Origin: Phoronis australis
Taxonomy: Eukaryota; Animalia; Phoronida
DNA length: 64,000 nucleotides
NCBI GenBank assembly: GCA_002633005.1
Contig: NMRA01000045.1
Coordinates: 737,552 to 801,551 of the forward strand
Direction: 5' to 3'
The notes under the pieces: generated by a model
What the model was told of the DNA's origin: nothing
Database searches by the model: none
Seen by the model: the letters and a program-made list of their open reading frames with translations, nothing else
Position numbers and translations under genes: made by a program
Shown here: piece by piece, positions 38,741-52,007 of the stretch
How the letters are laid out: the number at the start of each line of letters is the position of its first letter
Position numbering within the stretch: position 1 is the stretch's first letter

Positions 38741-40764
38741 CACGCGTATGGCTTCCTGTTGACAACTTGATTATATGTTTTATTTTGACTCGTCTTGTGT
38801 CATTCACCTTCTCATAATCCACTGTATTCAAGATGACCTATTGGCATCGATGAAGTAATCAAACCGAAGTCCCTCCGCTATCTCGGTGAAAAACGAACAA
38901 CAGAAATTACCGGCCTGAAGCTGTGGGCTCTTGCTCTAGACATCAGCCCGGCGAGAGTATGGCGTACGACCGCTGTCACCGGAACCCTTTCTTCGATGTG
39001 TTTTGGAAGTCAATCGTGCATTATACAGTTGCTTTTGTTAGCGAAAACAACCTCTCAACTTAGAGACCATTGTGCGATCGGCTACCAAATTTGTGTCATT
39101 CGCGTGTCGCGGCCAAGGCGACACGCGAGTCTGGCTCGCCTACACGACCGCCAGCTTGCAATAAACGCAAATAAAAACAGCCACAATGATAACATTTTTC
39201 CAGCTTCAAATTATCGAACCCGTGCCTTTGAAACTCATAGATAATCACGAAGACGGAAAATTAATTTTGTGGGGGTTCCATCGTAAATTAATCACGACAA
39301 CAAAACAAATGAGATAACGGATTTTATTACATAAACTAGCTTTTATTTGGTTTTGTTAAAAAATAATCGCTAAACACACACGGGTGGACTGTGTTTAGTT
39401 GTAATACGAGCCAGTATAAATACTTCAAAACTAAATTGTGATTTTAGACGGTCGATTTAGCCACAAAAGAAAATAACAGATTGTGCGGCTCGGCTAGACA
39501 AGAACATTTTATCTCTTGTCAAAAACAATAACAATTATACTTTCTCAATCATTGCTGTGGCTCGGCAAATCGCCCAAGAAAAAAAACCGGCTTTGTCCCG
39601 GGCCGTTCATTTATAAAAGCAATAATTTCCTCTAGTAATTAAGTGCCATTAAAGAAAGTGGGTGCAAAACGCCAAAAGGAACCAGGACCACATTATGATT
39701 ACATTGATTGGTTATTATTGAAAATATTTTATTCGTTTATTTCCTGTAAAGTGTGCAAATTTCTTGCTGCTTACAGAAAACACAGAGTCAAAACTCTTCA
39801 AAAACAACAAGCTGAGAAATGATAGTTTTTAGTGACAGGCTCCCAACACGAGTCAGAAATTCATTTTTAAAATGTCGTCGAGGAAATAATTGCATTTATC
39901 AATCAAATATTTATGTTGGAACGCTATTGTCGAATCACAGCAACCGGACAAGGCGTTACCAAGTTTAAAAGCGTGGTCATGACAACATAATACCCGTTAC
40001 CTATATTTTTATAATACCTTGCTGATTTCGTTGACGTGATTTAAAAACATAGGCCTTTAAATTTTAAGTTATTGCAACAGAAAGAATGAAGAGAATTTGC
40101 ATAAGTTGGTGACCCATATGGCGTGAAGAACTCAACAGATGGTGCACTGTTAGCTTAAACCCAGCCAATTCAGTTTATCTGAGAGTTGAGGTATAAATCT
40201 GTTTATGAAACTGATAATTTGGGCTTGGTAATTTTGATTGGAATGTGCGACTGACGTGCTCAAGTACATGACAACTGAGAATGTTGTACATACAAAATTA
40301 AAGTAATGTTGTTTTTTCAAACAAAAGTGACGGTAGTTTATACGAATAAATCCCAGATTTTCCTGTCACAGATTTTCACCCCACTGATTTGTGAGGGCTA
40401 ACGCATGTTTTGAACATGTTTGAAACATTGGTTTGGGACTAATGACAAAGCCGAATTGAAACCCAATTGAATTTTGTCACCTTGAGTTGGTAATAGTAGT
40501 TAGGTTCATGTTCGTTTCATGCCGTTAGTGGTGGAGACTATCCATAACACCTCGAGTATTTTCGTGGCTTGCCCATCAGAGTCTAAAGTTCTCGGAGTTG
40601 AACGTTATCTACATGTACGCAAGTGCCGAATTTAGTCGAACACTATTCGGTACATATTTGTGGAGTTCAAGACCGTATGGCACGGTTCGTGCTGTTGTTT
40701 TGTACTCGTATTTCGTGAATGTCATAATATATTGGATGTGTATTTCGTGCACGACCATGAGCTA

Positions 40765-40883
40765 GTCTCCCTTGCCGTGTACTTCCGTCTTTCTTGCCGT
40801 GTACTTCCGTCTCTCTTGCCGTGTACTTCCGTCTCCCTTGCCGCGTACTTCCGTCTCTCTTGCCGTGTACTTCCGTCTCCCTT
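40765..40883. repeat. 22-bp minisatellite, ~5.4 copies
   Basis: Unit gtctYYcttgccgYgtacttcc, head-to-tail with no spacers. Confidence 0.95.
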
Positions 40884-41869
40884 CCTCAGTCAAGGTACAT
40901 GTAGGTCAGCAACGGAGTCGGCTTTTAATTCTGTTCAAATTCGTTTAAGAGTTAGGGAGACATCCCGACCACATGGACTGCCTCTGATAGCTTTTGCCGA
41001 ACAAGCCGACATCCTCAAAATTTCACCCAGCCAGAAAGTCTTGACAATAAAAGCCGGACTTAAAGCATGAAAATTGGACTTGCCCACACATTACGATTTT
41101 TCGTATACAATTTTGTATACTACAGTCTGAGTGTGCAGACTTGTCCTGAGTCATTCGAAAATGGGGGAAAATTGGACAAGTACGACTTGGCACAAAATGT
41201 CGGGTCGGAACACGTGTCTACACTCTTCCATTAGCAATACGCGACAGTTGTTTACAAAATCGTATACCATGGACAATGTAGATAGGATTTTGAGGTCCAC
41301 CGCAGACAGAGAGTAACCAGCCGAGCTGCTGCCTTAAGTGAACAGGTGAGCTGACAGTTCACGTCAAGGCGTGAAACGATCACAGTAAATGTACAAGGGG
41401 CTTGTTCCCTCAATTATTCTCTCCTTGACGTGACCTGTTAGCTCATCTTTCGTTCACTGACATGAGACGGACAGCTCAGCTCGTAACTCTCCGTTTGCGG
41501 TGACCTTACCAGGAAAATATACGACAATTTTATTAGAAGCTTCAAGTCTATCGCTATCCTTACTGCGAAAGTAAATTTCTTAACATGCTCTGACTTACCA
41601 CGTAGTGCAAAAATTCTTACCACGTGCGAAAACCTGTCTACAAAACTTGAACTACGTTCCGTATACCTTAGACACTGAAGAGAAAAGTTAACATGTCACG
41701 AGCTTCGAATGCATGGCAATATGTCGAGAAGTTCCGTAATTTCGCTTTTCTCCGGGCAAGAAGTTTGGTCCACAGAACGCAGCCTTGAACTGCAAGCCCT
41801 GATTGCTGCTTGCTGGGTAAAGACGGAGAGAAGAAGTAACAGTGGTCACAAATAGAAAACAACCAATTC

Positions 41870-42908
41870 ACGGATGAGAAACAACACGACCGCTGGACCC
41901 GAAACACGACCACCGGTCCCCCAAATCGGACTGACGCACCACAAAGCAGGACCTGTGGGGATCATATGGGACCTACGGACCCGAAAATGGGACCGAAATA
42001 CCTAAAAATATGACCGCCTCACCACAAAACAGAAGCATATGGAACCGAACACGAGTGCTGTGGAGCACAACATGACCGCCCCACCACGATGCGATGACAC
42101 GTAAACAAGTTGAAAGAAGGTTCAACTAAATACAATCATTACGCTCTTTGCATTACACTTCATCATTGTTCTAGTTGAACTTGAACTATTTATGTACATC
42201 GCGTATCTATAAGATTTTGAAAAATCGTTTCTTTTCTCTCAACCTCGGTATCGGATGTCTTGAATAGAGTACGCTTTGATCTTGACTGGAGTTGACGATC
42301 GTGTCAACCTCGCGGCGAAACTGGTGAAAACGGCGAAGGCCTTTTGTTATCTGACAGCTAGCAATCTCCGTTAAAATCAGAATCCAAATTAACATCCACC
42401 TGTCCAGGCGAAGAATAGCGAATAGGATAAATGCACACAACACGTTTCTTTTCTTGCCAGGAAGATGGCGCGTCGATACTGTCTGGACCTAAGATTTTAG
42501 CAACATTAGAAATTAATAATTCTAGTACCAATCAACATTTTTTTGAGCTAATTAACGACAATGTTATCCACTTCGTTAGTTTTGAGGACAAAATAACTAC
42601 TGAATTTGTTCAATTTTACGTTTTAGTCAAGTCAAAAATGCGTTCCAACATAACCGGTTCTTGGGGAAAGTATTGTCAGACTAGAACAAGCATCACACGC
42701 AGGCATCGAAAACATTTTGTCAGGCGTCATGTTCGGTCCCCAATGGTCCAGTTTCATAGCAGGACGGTCATATTTTTAGGTGTGTTTTTCCCACTCTCTG
42801 ATCCGTAAGTCTTAGTTGATTGATACCTTAGGACATGTTTCGTGACCTTCGACATGTATCGGTGATCCTCTTTTGGGTCCAGCAGTCATGTTGCTTGTCA
42901 ACCCCGTA
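41870..42908. mobile_element. Old ~1-kb foldback/MITE-like element with long imperfect inverted arms
   Basis: Nested inverted matches: caacacgaccgctggaccc / gggtccagcagtcatgttg; cctaaaaatatgaccg / cggtcatatttttagg; ggaaccgaacacga / tcatgttcggtcccc. Confidence 0.7.
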
Positions 42909-44222
42909 AGAGGACGGTACTAGAAAACAAATAGCTACAAGGGTTAGAAATACCATAAGTGTTCGCCCACTTTCTCGAGAACCGAACCTCATTTCATGTT
43001 TTTACAACACACAATGATAAAGCAAAATAAATCTGGAATGCCCTTGGGCAAAAAAGTTTTGACGCTGTGTAAAACACCTTTGGAAGTTTCTTTTTTCACA
43101 AACGCATTACGCGAAATCAAATATTGAACCTGAAATTGTTAGCAGTATAATCATTGAAAGGCATCGCATTCTACTGTTTGCTTTGGTTAGTCGCACTTCG
43201 CCTGGTATTGTCAATGGCGAGTTGCATTATTCACGTGTGCGTCTAGCTGTCACTTGATCATCCGTATGCAGCACGATCGGATTTACTTTGTGTGACTGTT
43301 TATAAATGATGTCTTCGTTTCTTTCACAATTCAGGTGTTTTACAGATCAATCAATGCTTTTTCTAGACATGACGGCAACTTATTTGGAAGACAAAACCCT
43401 TGCAACAGAGTTTAAACACTTATGCTTAAAAACAAACAAAACCCCATAGCTTTCTGTATGAATTTTACACGCAAACAATTGGAATCCATTAACTTACATC
43501 AGAATTTTTAAACGAGAGAAATGTATTAATTTGCATATTTAAGTATGTGTAATTTCAAATAGTAGTAAATATCTATAAATACGCAAATTCATTAAAGTTT
43601 CGTTCAGTAAAATAACAGCCAGATGATGATTCATCAAAATGAGAATAAAGTGTATCACCTTGAATGAAGCAGTCGGATTCTACGGCTTTCTTACCAGAAT
43701 CTCCAGTAAATTCGATACAACATCTGTTACAGAAATTGAAAAAACTGCACACCGCTGCCCTTTTCATTCTTCGACGACCAGCGTAATGCCTGGACCCTTG
43801 CTCATCGTTACTTAGTTTTAAAGGAGAATGCCACCCAAAAACAACCTATTTTATATCAATTTAGATCGAGTAGTTCTACTCGATAACGGCACGTTCGGTT
43901 GCGTTACCTGACACCTGACGGCAGACGGAGGTGTTGAAATTATCCAATGACGTCATTGGTTTCACACGCAGTCTGTTCAGCAGTTCACAACACGGGTTAC
44001 TGGTATCGGCTTATTGCTTGAATTCATCGTTTAACACCAATAAATCATCAAATTCGACGTAAAACCCTTAAAAATACACCGAGTTCTTATAAAAACGGTG
44101 TTGTTTTATTTCACTGTTACGGATTTATTGGTATTTGGACACACCGTACCTTACAAAGTTCGGCAGCCCAATTTGCCAAGGTCCGTAGCAGGAGTTTGAG
44201 GTCTGTTCGGAGATAAATTCGA

Positions 44223-44670
44223 ATTATTTATTATTTTATTTTATTTTTGTGATATTTAAAATGAGGGTGGCCTCTTCAGTGATAGCACTGCTTTTCAAGA
44301 GGGCCCTCAACAAGAGAAACAGTAATATAATACAATGAAGTCATAAAACAACAATGAAATATACGTAACAAAGATACAATTAAAACAGGTTGAGAATTAA
44401 GACAATAACTAAATGACGAATAATGGTAAAAAATTAACTAAGACAGATGAAATAAATTAAGAGATAACTCTAGACAGTAAGAGTATTTACAATGAAAAAA
44501 TGACATGATTAAGACAGGCAGGGCATAAAAGGTTAGGTAAATTACAGCCACTTTTTAATATTTACTTTAAAGGCAGTAATTGAATTGGACCGTTTAATTT
44601 CTAGGATAAGAGAATTCCATATTATAGCAGCTGCATAGATAAAAGATCTCTTGCCAGTCTAGGTTTTAAT
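44223..44670 (-). mobile_element. 5'-truncated L2/CR1-group LINE 3' end nested in the Kolobok element
   Basis: TGKRSFIYAAAIIWNSLILEIKRSNSITAFKVNIKKWL* (stop 44544..44542), then a 3'UTR, a terminal stem-loop and an (AATAA)n tail. Confidence 0.88.
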
Positions 44671-45616
44671 TTATCTGTACATACAACAGGCAGAGAGATA
44701 TTTATTTCTTTGTCTTACTTTCATAAACGCCAGCTTGGAATACAAGTCGTCAACCCTAGTGTCCCTAATTCTAGTACCCAGGATAGCCCTGGCGGCTCTA
44801 TTTTGAATTACTTGGACTTTGCTGACAAGTGTGTCACTAGTGTGCCCCCAAACAGGAGAACCTAGATCTGTCTTGTTTAGACCTGTGATTTTTGATGTGT
44901 TCTACTGAAACACACAAAACACTTGTTATTCCGGCCAGTGGCTCGGAACCCCATCAGACCCGTCGCGACCGGACTGACTCGTTATCCCGGCCAGTGGCTT
45001 GGAACCCGATCAGGCCCGTCGCGGCCGCCGGGACTGGCACGAACATAAACCAGCTTGAGTTGGAAACTAAACCTCCAGTCACGAAAAGACTATAAAAGTG
45101 AGTCAAAGAAATAATGTACTTGTAATTATTTATATGAATTAGCCACGAAACTGAAAATCTACTTACTTGTCGGGGGCCGCGAAGTCGGGTTCCACTTCCA
45201 CAGACCGTCAAGGCAAAGGTTGCACAGTAACAATGATTTGAATAATGTATTTGTATTTCTAAATAATGATTCCCCTAACATGTGACCATAGCATATAAAA
45301 TCGAGTAATTGTTTCACATCAGCTTTCTGTCAGCCAACACTGAATTAGCATGCGCTCGGTGCCCTGTCAATTACCTTTGTTGCCGGCATCAAAAGCCGGT
45401 AATGCAGTGGTTTATTCATTGCTGACATCTCAACATTTGCAATCACAAATACTGCAAAGGCATTACATCTAATGACACGTAGACTTTAATTGTTTCAGTT
45501 TTAAATAAGCATTGGTTATGATGAAAATAATTCATTTTGAAACAGAACGCAGAATAATAAACGTCTACATGGCAACTCGCCCGGCGCCAATCCCGACTTA
45601 GTCAAGAGCTCATCCT

Positions 45617-45730
45617 ATGAAGACTTCATGGGACGGATCGTTAGGTTTCACAGGCTATCAGTTCGAACCAGAATACACTGATCAAGAAATACTAGAGAGG
45701 CGTCGTGAACATGCACAGGTAACGGAACGT
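45617..45730 (+). pseudogene. Possible remnant of the Kolobok accessory (KolX-type) ORF N-terminus
   Basis: GFTGYQFEPEYTDQEILERRR resembles the YxFEP motif I recall at the start of Kolobok KolX/P2X7-ballast-like proteins; it lies inside the TIRs. Confidence 0.45.
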
Positions 45731-48700
45731 ATGGATAGTTCTTTCGTAAGTCGGAATTTGTCAGACAAATCACTGTCGACGAAATACCCGCCACAGACAC
45801 GGACTCCCGAGATGTTTCACGATCTCATAACTTGCTATTAACAGCGTACCTTTCATTTTTCACTACCGCAAGCCACTTCCTAAGCATTTCGGGCTCTCGA
45901 GGAAGTCGAAAAAAATGATATACCAGCATTCTTCGCAGCTTCATACTTCGGACAAGCGGGAACGATTCACCGCAATATAGCGCGGCATTCACTCTGCAGA
46001 CGAACCACTGACGTCGCTGCGTTGTTTCTCAGCGTCCTCACAGGTTTACGTGACACCTCTCGGCAAGGTGGGGTCGACCGTATAAGAGGCGATGTGGATA
46101 TACACCGATTAAGACGATAAAAAAGACTAATTAAATCGGGTGGCATTCTCCTTTAAAGCGTGCGGCGAATTTTTTTATTAACTCCACTACATGTCGTACC
46201 GTACCTTATTCACGTACTTGAGAAAACTCACGCAATAACAGACGTGTCAAAAGAATCATCGACTGTCGGTGTAAAGATATCTTGGTACTGGACTGAGAAA
46301 ATAAGATTGTTTCCCTCTTTTCACCACTTAGATTAAAAAGTGTTAAAATGCATCCCACATCAAATTGATCCCAGAAATGGCCGATCGCCGGGTTAATATG
46401 AAACTTTAAGAAGAAATGATTTGTGCACTGCCCTTATAATCTCTTTTAGGGATTCCTTTTAAAAGTTATCACTTTTGAATGAGGGGATATCGAGAAGTAG
46501 GACTTCAAGATTTTCCTGAAAAACGAAAAGGAAATGATATTTTAGAATACTCTAACAGCGTTTTCAGTCTTATCAAATAAAATTTGATCATGTTATTGAA
46601 ACCTTTGTTTTGCCAAATGGGGGGATCCTTCGATCCCCCGAGCCTCCCGAGCCCCCCCNACGAAAAGTGACCACGAAAGCGTTCAGAAGACTAGAAGTAA
46701 TCAACCATGAGTATAAACATGTCAACTCAATGTGTTCACGTATCATGGGGCTTGGTCAGACTCTAAAAGCAATAGTACAACGTGCAACAGACAAATACGG
46801 AGCGTGGTTTGTGTTCTTCAAGCGTATTTAGACACGACAGTTTCTTGTGCAACGGAACTCGGCAGCTAGGTCTTTAAAATTCAACCTCAAACTGAACAAT
46901 ACTGTTTGAAATTCCACCTATCGCTTACTAATCGACATCGGAAGCTCCTGTTTATTCAGGCTATTTGTTTTTAACAAGCTCGACCGATGACACGATTTAT
47001 GACCGCGGTAAATTGACAAATATATACATGGCGCCCTCGTCAAGATAGTATCCCGAAAATTTTCAAGTGTTTCTTAGCACCATGGTGCGAAACAGAAGTT
47101 AGTCAACGTCGTTTTTGTAACATATCTCATACCTGCCGTAGTTCAATAGAAACCCCAAACAATTTCATAACTTGATTTATATGGTTTTATTTTATGATAC
47201 TGTAATAACATACGCAATAAGACACGTAATTTGAACTATGTATACACCAAGGAGTTTTTCTTTCAAAATCAACTTCTTCACTGAAATGTAGTTGATAAAT
47301 CTTTAAATCGGATACAAATCCGCCTTCCATGACAAAAAAAAAACTTTTGCCGCGATGCACTTATATGTACCATTATGAAATTGGTCTCAAATCCTGTCTT
47401 TGTCAAATTGAAGGTGATTTCACGGCTTCGAAAAAACTAACCGTCCGTTACTGCTCGATACGAGGCTCTACGAGTTGGTTTGTCGTGGCCTCAACTGCCA
47501 CTTCTTTGTCTTTCCTAGAAATTACTTCTCATCTAAGTAAGAAACAAGTTGAGACCAATTTTATGGCGGCACCTAGTGGTCTAAATTGAAATTTCGCTTC
47601 TTGGGCGGTTTGGTTTCATGTATCCATGTACGGATATACTGAAGCAATCATTCCACACAGGTTTGTTTCAACGGTGTGACCAACGTGAATGCAAAAAGAG
47701 TCCAAGAAAGAAATTTCGAAATTCGATTCTGAAAACTCGTGGTTGATCTGAGAACATTGTGATTAGTCTCCAGTAAGCCCTTCATGCTTTTAAATTTATT
47801 GCGAAATGCTTTGTTTTTGTTTGACTTCTTTTTGAATGACTACTTCTCACGCTCTGGGCTCAGTCCACATGAAGGGTCACATCTTTAGGTCACTCGAGAT
47901 TCGAGTGATGACTCCGCGCGTGTCGAGGGCACTTTCAAGACGAAAACAAACAAAAGTCACCCTTCAGAAACGCGTCCCGGTACCATATCTAGACGAAACG
48001 TGCCATCCACGTTGAGCATTTTGATTGGTTGTGAGTTACTGGGAAAAACAGTGACGCACGTCTCAGTGTCTCGTACAGCGCAACAAGATAACAATGCAGG
48101 ATTGATCGGCAAATGGTATGGCAGCATGTTTTCGAAATTTTACAGGTTCCGTTTTGGAAATATACTATTACTTTGTCACACTGAAAGATAAATGTGAAAT
48201 GAGCGAACATGTTACTGTTCGTCGATAAGGTATTTCAGAGTTACTACAATAAAATACGCCGTTCACGACTGGTACGCTAATAATTTCATTGCAGTTCATC
48301 ATCTGGCTATATTTTCAAGATGACTAGGGTTTAGACCACTCAATGATATAAACTTGGTCACAATATGTGACGCAAGGGATTTTTTGTCTCACAAAGAACT
48401 ATCAATTCGTTATTGTTAGCGATCATGCTCGGCGATTTAAATAACCCGCCGTGACAAGTCAACCTGTAGAGACTGGCCTCTAGTAATTTCACCAACTGCC
48501 AATCTTTCGCTGTTCAGAAAGTACACCTATAATGCCTGCAGAACAATTTGAGACCCATTTCACAAGGGAAAGCGTTAAAGTCAAAATTGGCTTTGACAAG
48601 CAACATTGATGGAGGTCCTAAGTTTTTTCCTGAGATACAAGTGAATGGTTATGGTAGCCGGTAGGCTTACGAATACGATTAACGAGCATGACGCAGTCAC

Positions 48701-51700
48701 AAACACAGCACAGCATGTTTCGAAGTTGCATATCACGAAAATAACGCGTATTGTGAGTAGGCCTACACCACTGCGATTTGCATCACAAAAGCGATAGTGC
48801 TCCTGCAAACACCAACGAGACCAGTGATCTTGAAAACGCTAACGAACGACACCGCCTTCTCCTGCCAACGCCAACGATACCGCGTGGTCCCACAGGAAGG
48901 AGGCCAACGAAACAGCCAGAGTCTCTGCTTTTACAAATGAGGTTGTCTGTTCCAGCAAACTCCAACGAGATCGCCTGCTTCAGTCGTCTTTAAAAAGCCC
49001 GTGGTTGAACTTTACGACTGAAGTGTGGCAACTTTCATTCAGGTTTACAAAACGTTTTTCACCGACACTTGACAATCCTCATCAAGTTTTCATATGAATG
49101 ACTTCTATAGAGCATTTGTTCTCACACCAGTCAACACTTCAACCCCCAACACGTTGCACCTGTATATATTAATTAGGATCTTTCAGTGCTTGGTCTCCAA
49201 TAAATCACGGTGTTTTGTTTGCGCTTTATTACGCATACTGAATTCATATAGTGCACACACTAATCACCAGGTGTAGCAATAGGAATTGAACGGTTCAGTT
49301 CCTAACTTACTCAAAAGGCGCATTTGATAGTGGTCGTGAAAATCAGGTGAACAATCCAGTCGATTTTGAACATCGCAGGTGGATAAACAGATGATTTGTG
49401 CGATGACAACTTTGTTAAAATGTCTGCGGACACGTTTATTGTAGACTAGTACCAATCCACTTTTGATTCGCCGTGACGTCAACTTGGGAACGAAGGCTGG
49501 CTCTCCCAATAGTGATACATTATTGGTCAGTCCTCATCGGTGATGCTGCTCGCTAACGGCGGCACCTCGGTAAGGACATGTCATAAACTCGTTGCCGCAG
49601 GATTACATTGGCGTCTATTATGATTAGCCTGAGATGCAAGGAACTCGCAAAAACGCAAAATCACGATATCGACATGCATTGCAAGCGAAGCAGAGGATCG
49701 CATTAGCATATTTCTCACCAGTGTCTTGAGTCAAGGAACGCAATCCAGTAAATGCCATGTTCTGAACTGCAGTCTGCATTATTATTTGCTATTATGAGCA
49801 TAATGTTTCTTGACAGGGACAAACGGAACATGAGTTAAATGACAATTTGAACAGCCTGTAGACCGTGGTTGGCGAGGCCAGGGCTTTTCAGACAACTGAG
49901 TACACCACAAACTATACGACTGTTTTTTTTTCAAATCGCCATATGAATGAGCGTTCTTTTACCTATGGAATACACCATTGGTGAACTTTCGGACAACATT
50001 TTTAAAAAGAATATTCAACCATGAAAAATACGCATTTTTACAGAACATAATAAGCGTGTCTTGGCACAAAAGATTTCCTCGCTTGTGGAATAGAAGAAAG
50101 GTGGCATAATATTAACAATATTTGGACAAGGTGTGTTTGTTTTTCATCGTTGTACCTTGCTATAGACAGTCTTATATTTATATTTGAAAACCACATAAAA
50201 GATATGCACCGTTTTAAGTTCCGCATGCACCGTTAAACGGTATTCATTCTTGGACATCAAGTGACCGCTATATTGAATCTCCTTCTGAAGGATGATCAGT
50301 CTAAGGAATACATCTATTATACCTTAGATAATTATATACAAAACAACTTGGTCTCTACGTGAATATTTAACCGCGCGTCAAACGATTTGCTTTCTTTTCA
50401 GTTCAATTATGTTTTCTAACACGACATGAATGGAAAACAATGACGTCATAATTTGTAAGGAATCTAGCAGCAAATTGATATGCGGGTAATGATACAACCC
50501 AGCCGTAGTCAAATGAGTTTTTATTAATTTCAATGTGTTGCGAGTGCATGAAAAGGTAAGAAAATGTTATTCAAGGTGAGGAGTATATTTGCACACCTTT
50601 AACAACGGATAACTTTAACGTTTCATACGAAAGTTGGTTTAATGGTTTAATCCAGCTTGTTTCTTGTCAAAACAAACATGTAATACGCGGCTACTGAAAC
50701 TGTTATGATAGTTCGTGATTTGTTTATCATACATTGGCTAAGAGGGATCTATAAGAGGTGAACGAAATATCTAGCATTAACATAATATCTTTTCAAATCG
50801 AAGGTCTGTATTTTAAGACCCATTCTTTCCTAGACCTCGTCAAAGTCTAGCGAGTGAATCGAGATATGTGTATTTTGCAAAGACAGTCTCCAAAGAATTA
50901 GACACAAAGCCGGCACACGTTTTCTAATGCTGACGGACGGAGACTTGCAACGGCTGAGGAGATCTTTTGTGTTCAGACTCATTTATTGGGTTAATATTTA
51001 TCCTGTGAAACTTTAAATACGCTTACAGAATTCCGTGTGTTACAAGCCACTGAGTGTAAAAACGCCTGTCTAAGATAAACAAGATTTCTCTCTTATTCAA
51101 ATATGACAAAAGTACGAGATATAATTTGGCCAAAAGTGTTTTCAATCTTCCCTATTTCTGGCATTCTTTACACATTGAAAGGGTGCAAATAAAACACAAA
51201 ATACAATAAGTATTAGCGAGCTCCCTAGAATTATTAGCAAACCGAAATCAAATTAAACAAATGTTTGCCTGCAACTGATTATTCTGTATATAAGATACGT
51301 GATTTCCGAAGTAAATATGAACACAACGAAGACTCATTCAATACGAAGCCCCTGGACATTTGTACGTGTAAGTCCATTTTAATATTTAAATGTTCATACC
51401 CACTTGTAAATGGTTCGTTTCGTTGTCCCATATACAGACTAATTGACGCTTCCATTATTCCAATTCATCTTTTTGATTGTTGAGGTAAAGTATGGCGAAA
51501 TTGGGATTACAAAGTGGAGCGGATCAAAGACCTTTTAAAGACCCTCAAAGTGAATTAAGAAAGCATTTTGACATAAAATTTGACATAAAATTTTGATTCT
51601 GGATATATCCCTAGTTGGTATTTTTATAATAATACACTTCATGTCAGTCCGACGGAGTAACCATATTTCTTTGTTGACAATTTTCCGTCTATCGCTCGGG

Positions 51701-52007
51701 ATGCTCAATTGCGTATTCCACTCATTTACTTCGTAAGCCAACACGTGCCTGCATAATGTTTCTTAGATCTGGGTCAGATTATTTCAGCACGGTATTTTCA
51801 GACCGAAAAGAGTAAACTATCACCTTGTAGTATCGGGCATCAAAGACAATGTCAAGCCAATATTTCTGTTTTTGATAAATGGGCTTCATTTCTTGTGCTT
51901 CTTGTTACTTTTTTAGAACTATTTTAAAGCGTACTCAGGAAATGTCGGCGATTTCCAGGATTTTTGTTTAGCACTTCTGGGTGAGCCAACTCGTGGACGA
52001 GACGGTC

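Larger units (their letters stand above)
43822..46152. mobile_element. Non-autonomous Kolobok-type DNA transposon
   Basis: TTAA|aggagaatgccaccc ... gggtggcattctcct|TTAA: perfect 15-bp TIR, RR termini, TTAA target duplication. Confidence 0.85.

Noticed and set aside
40765-40883. CRISPR-like array
   Set aside because: The units are contiguous with no unique spacers, there are no cas genes, and the context is eukaryotic; it is a minisatellite.
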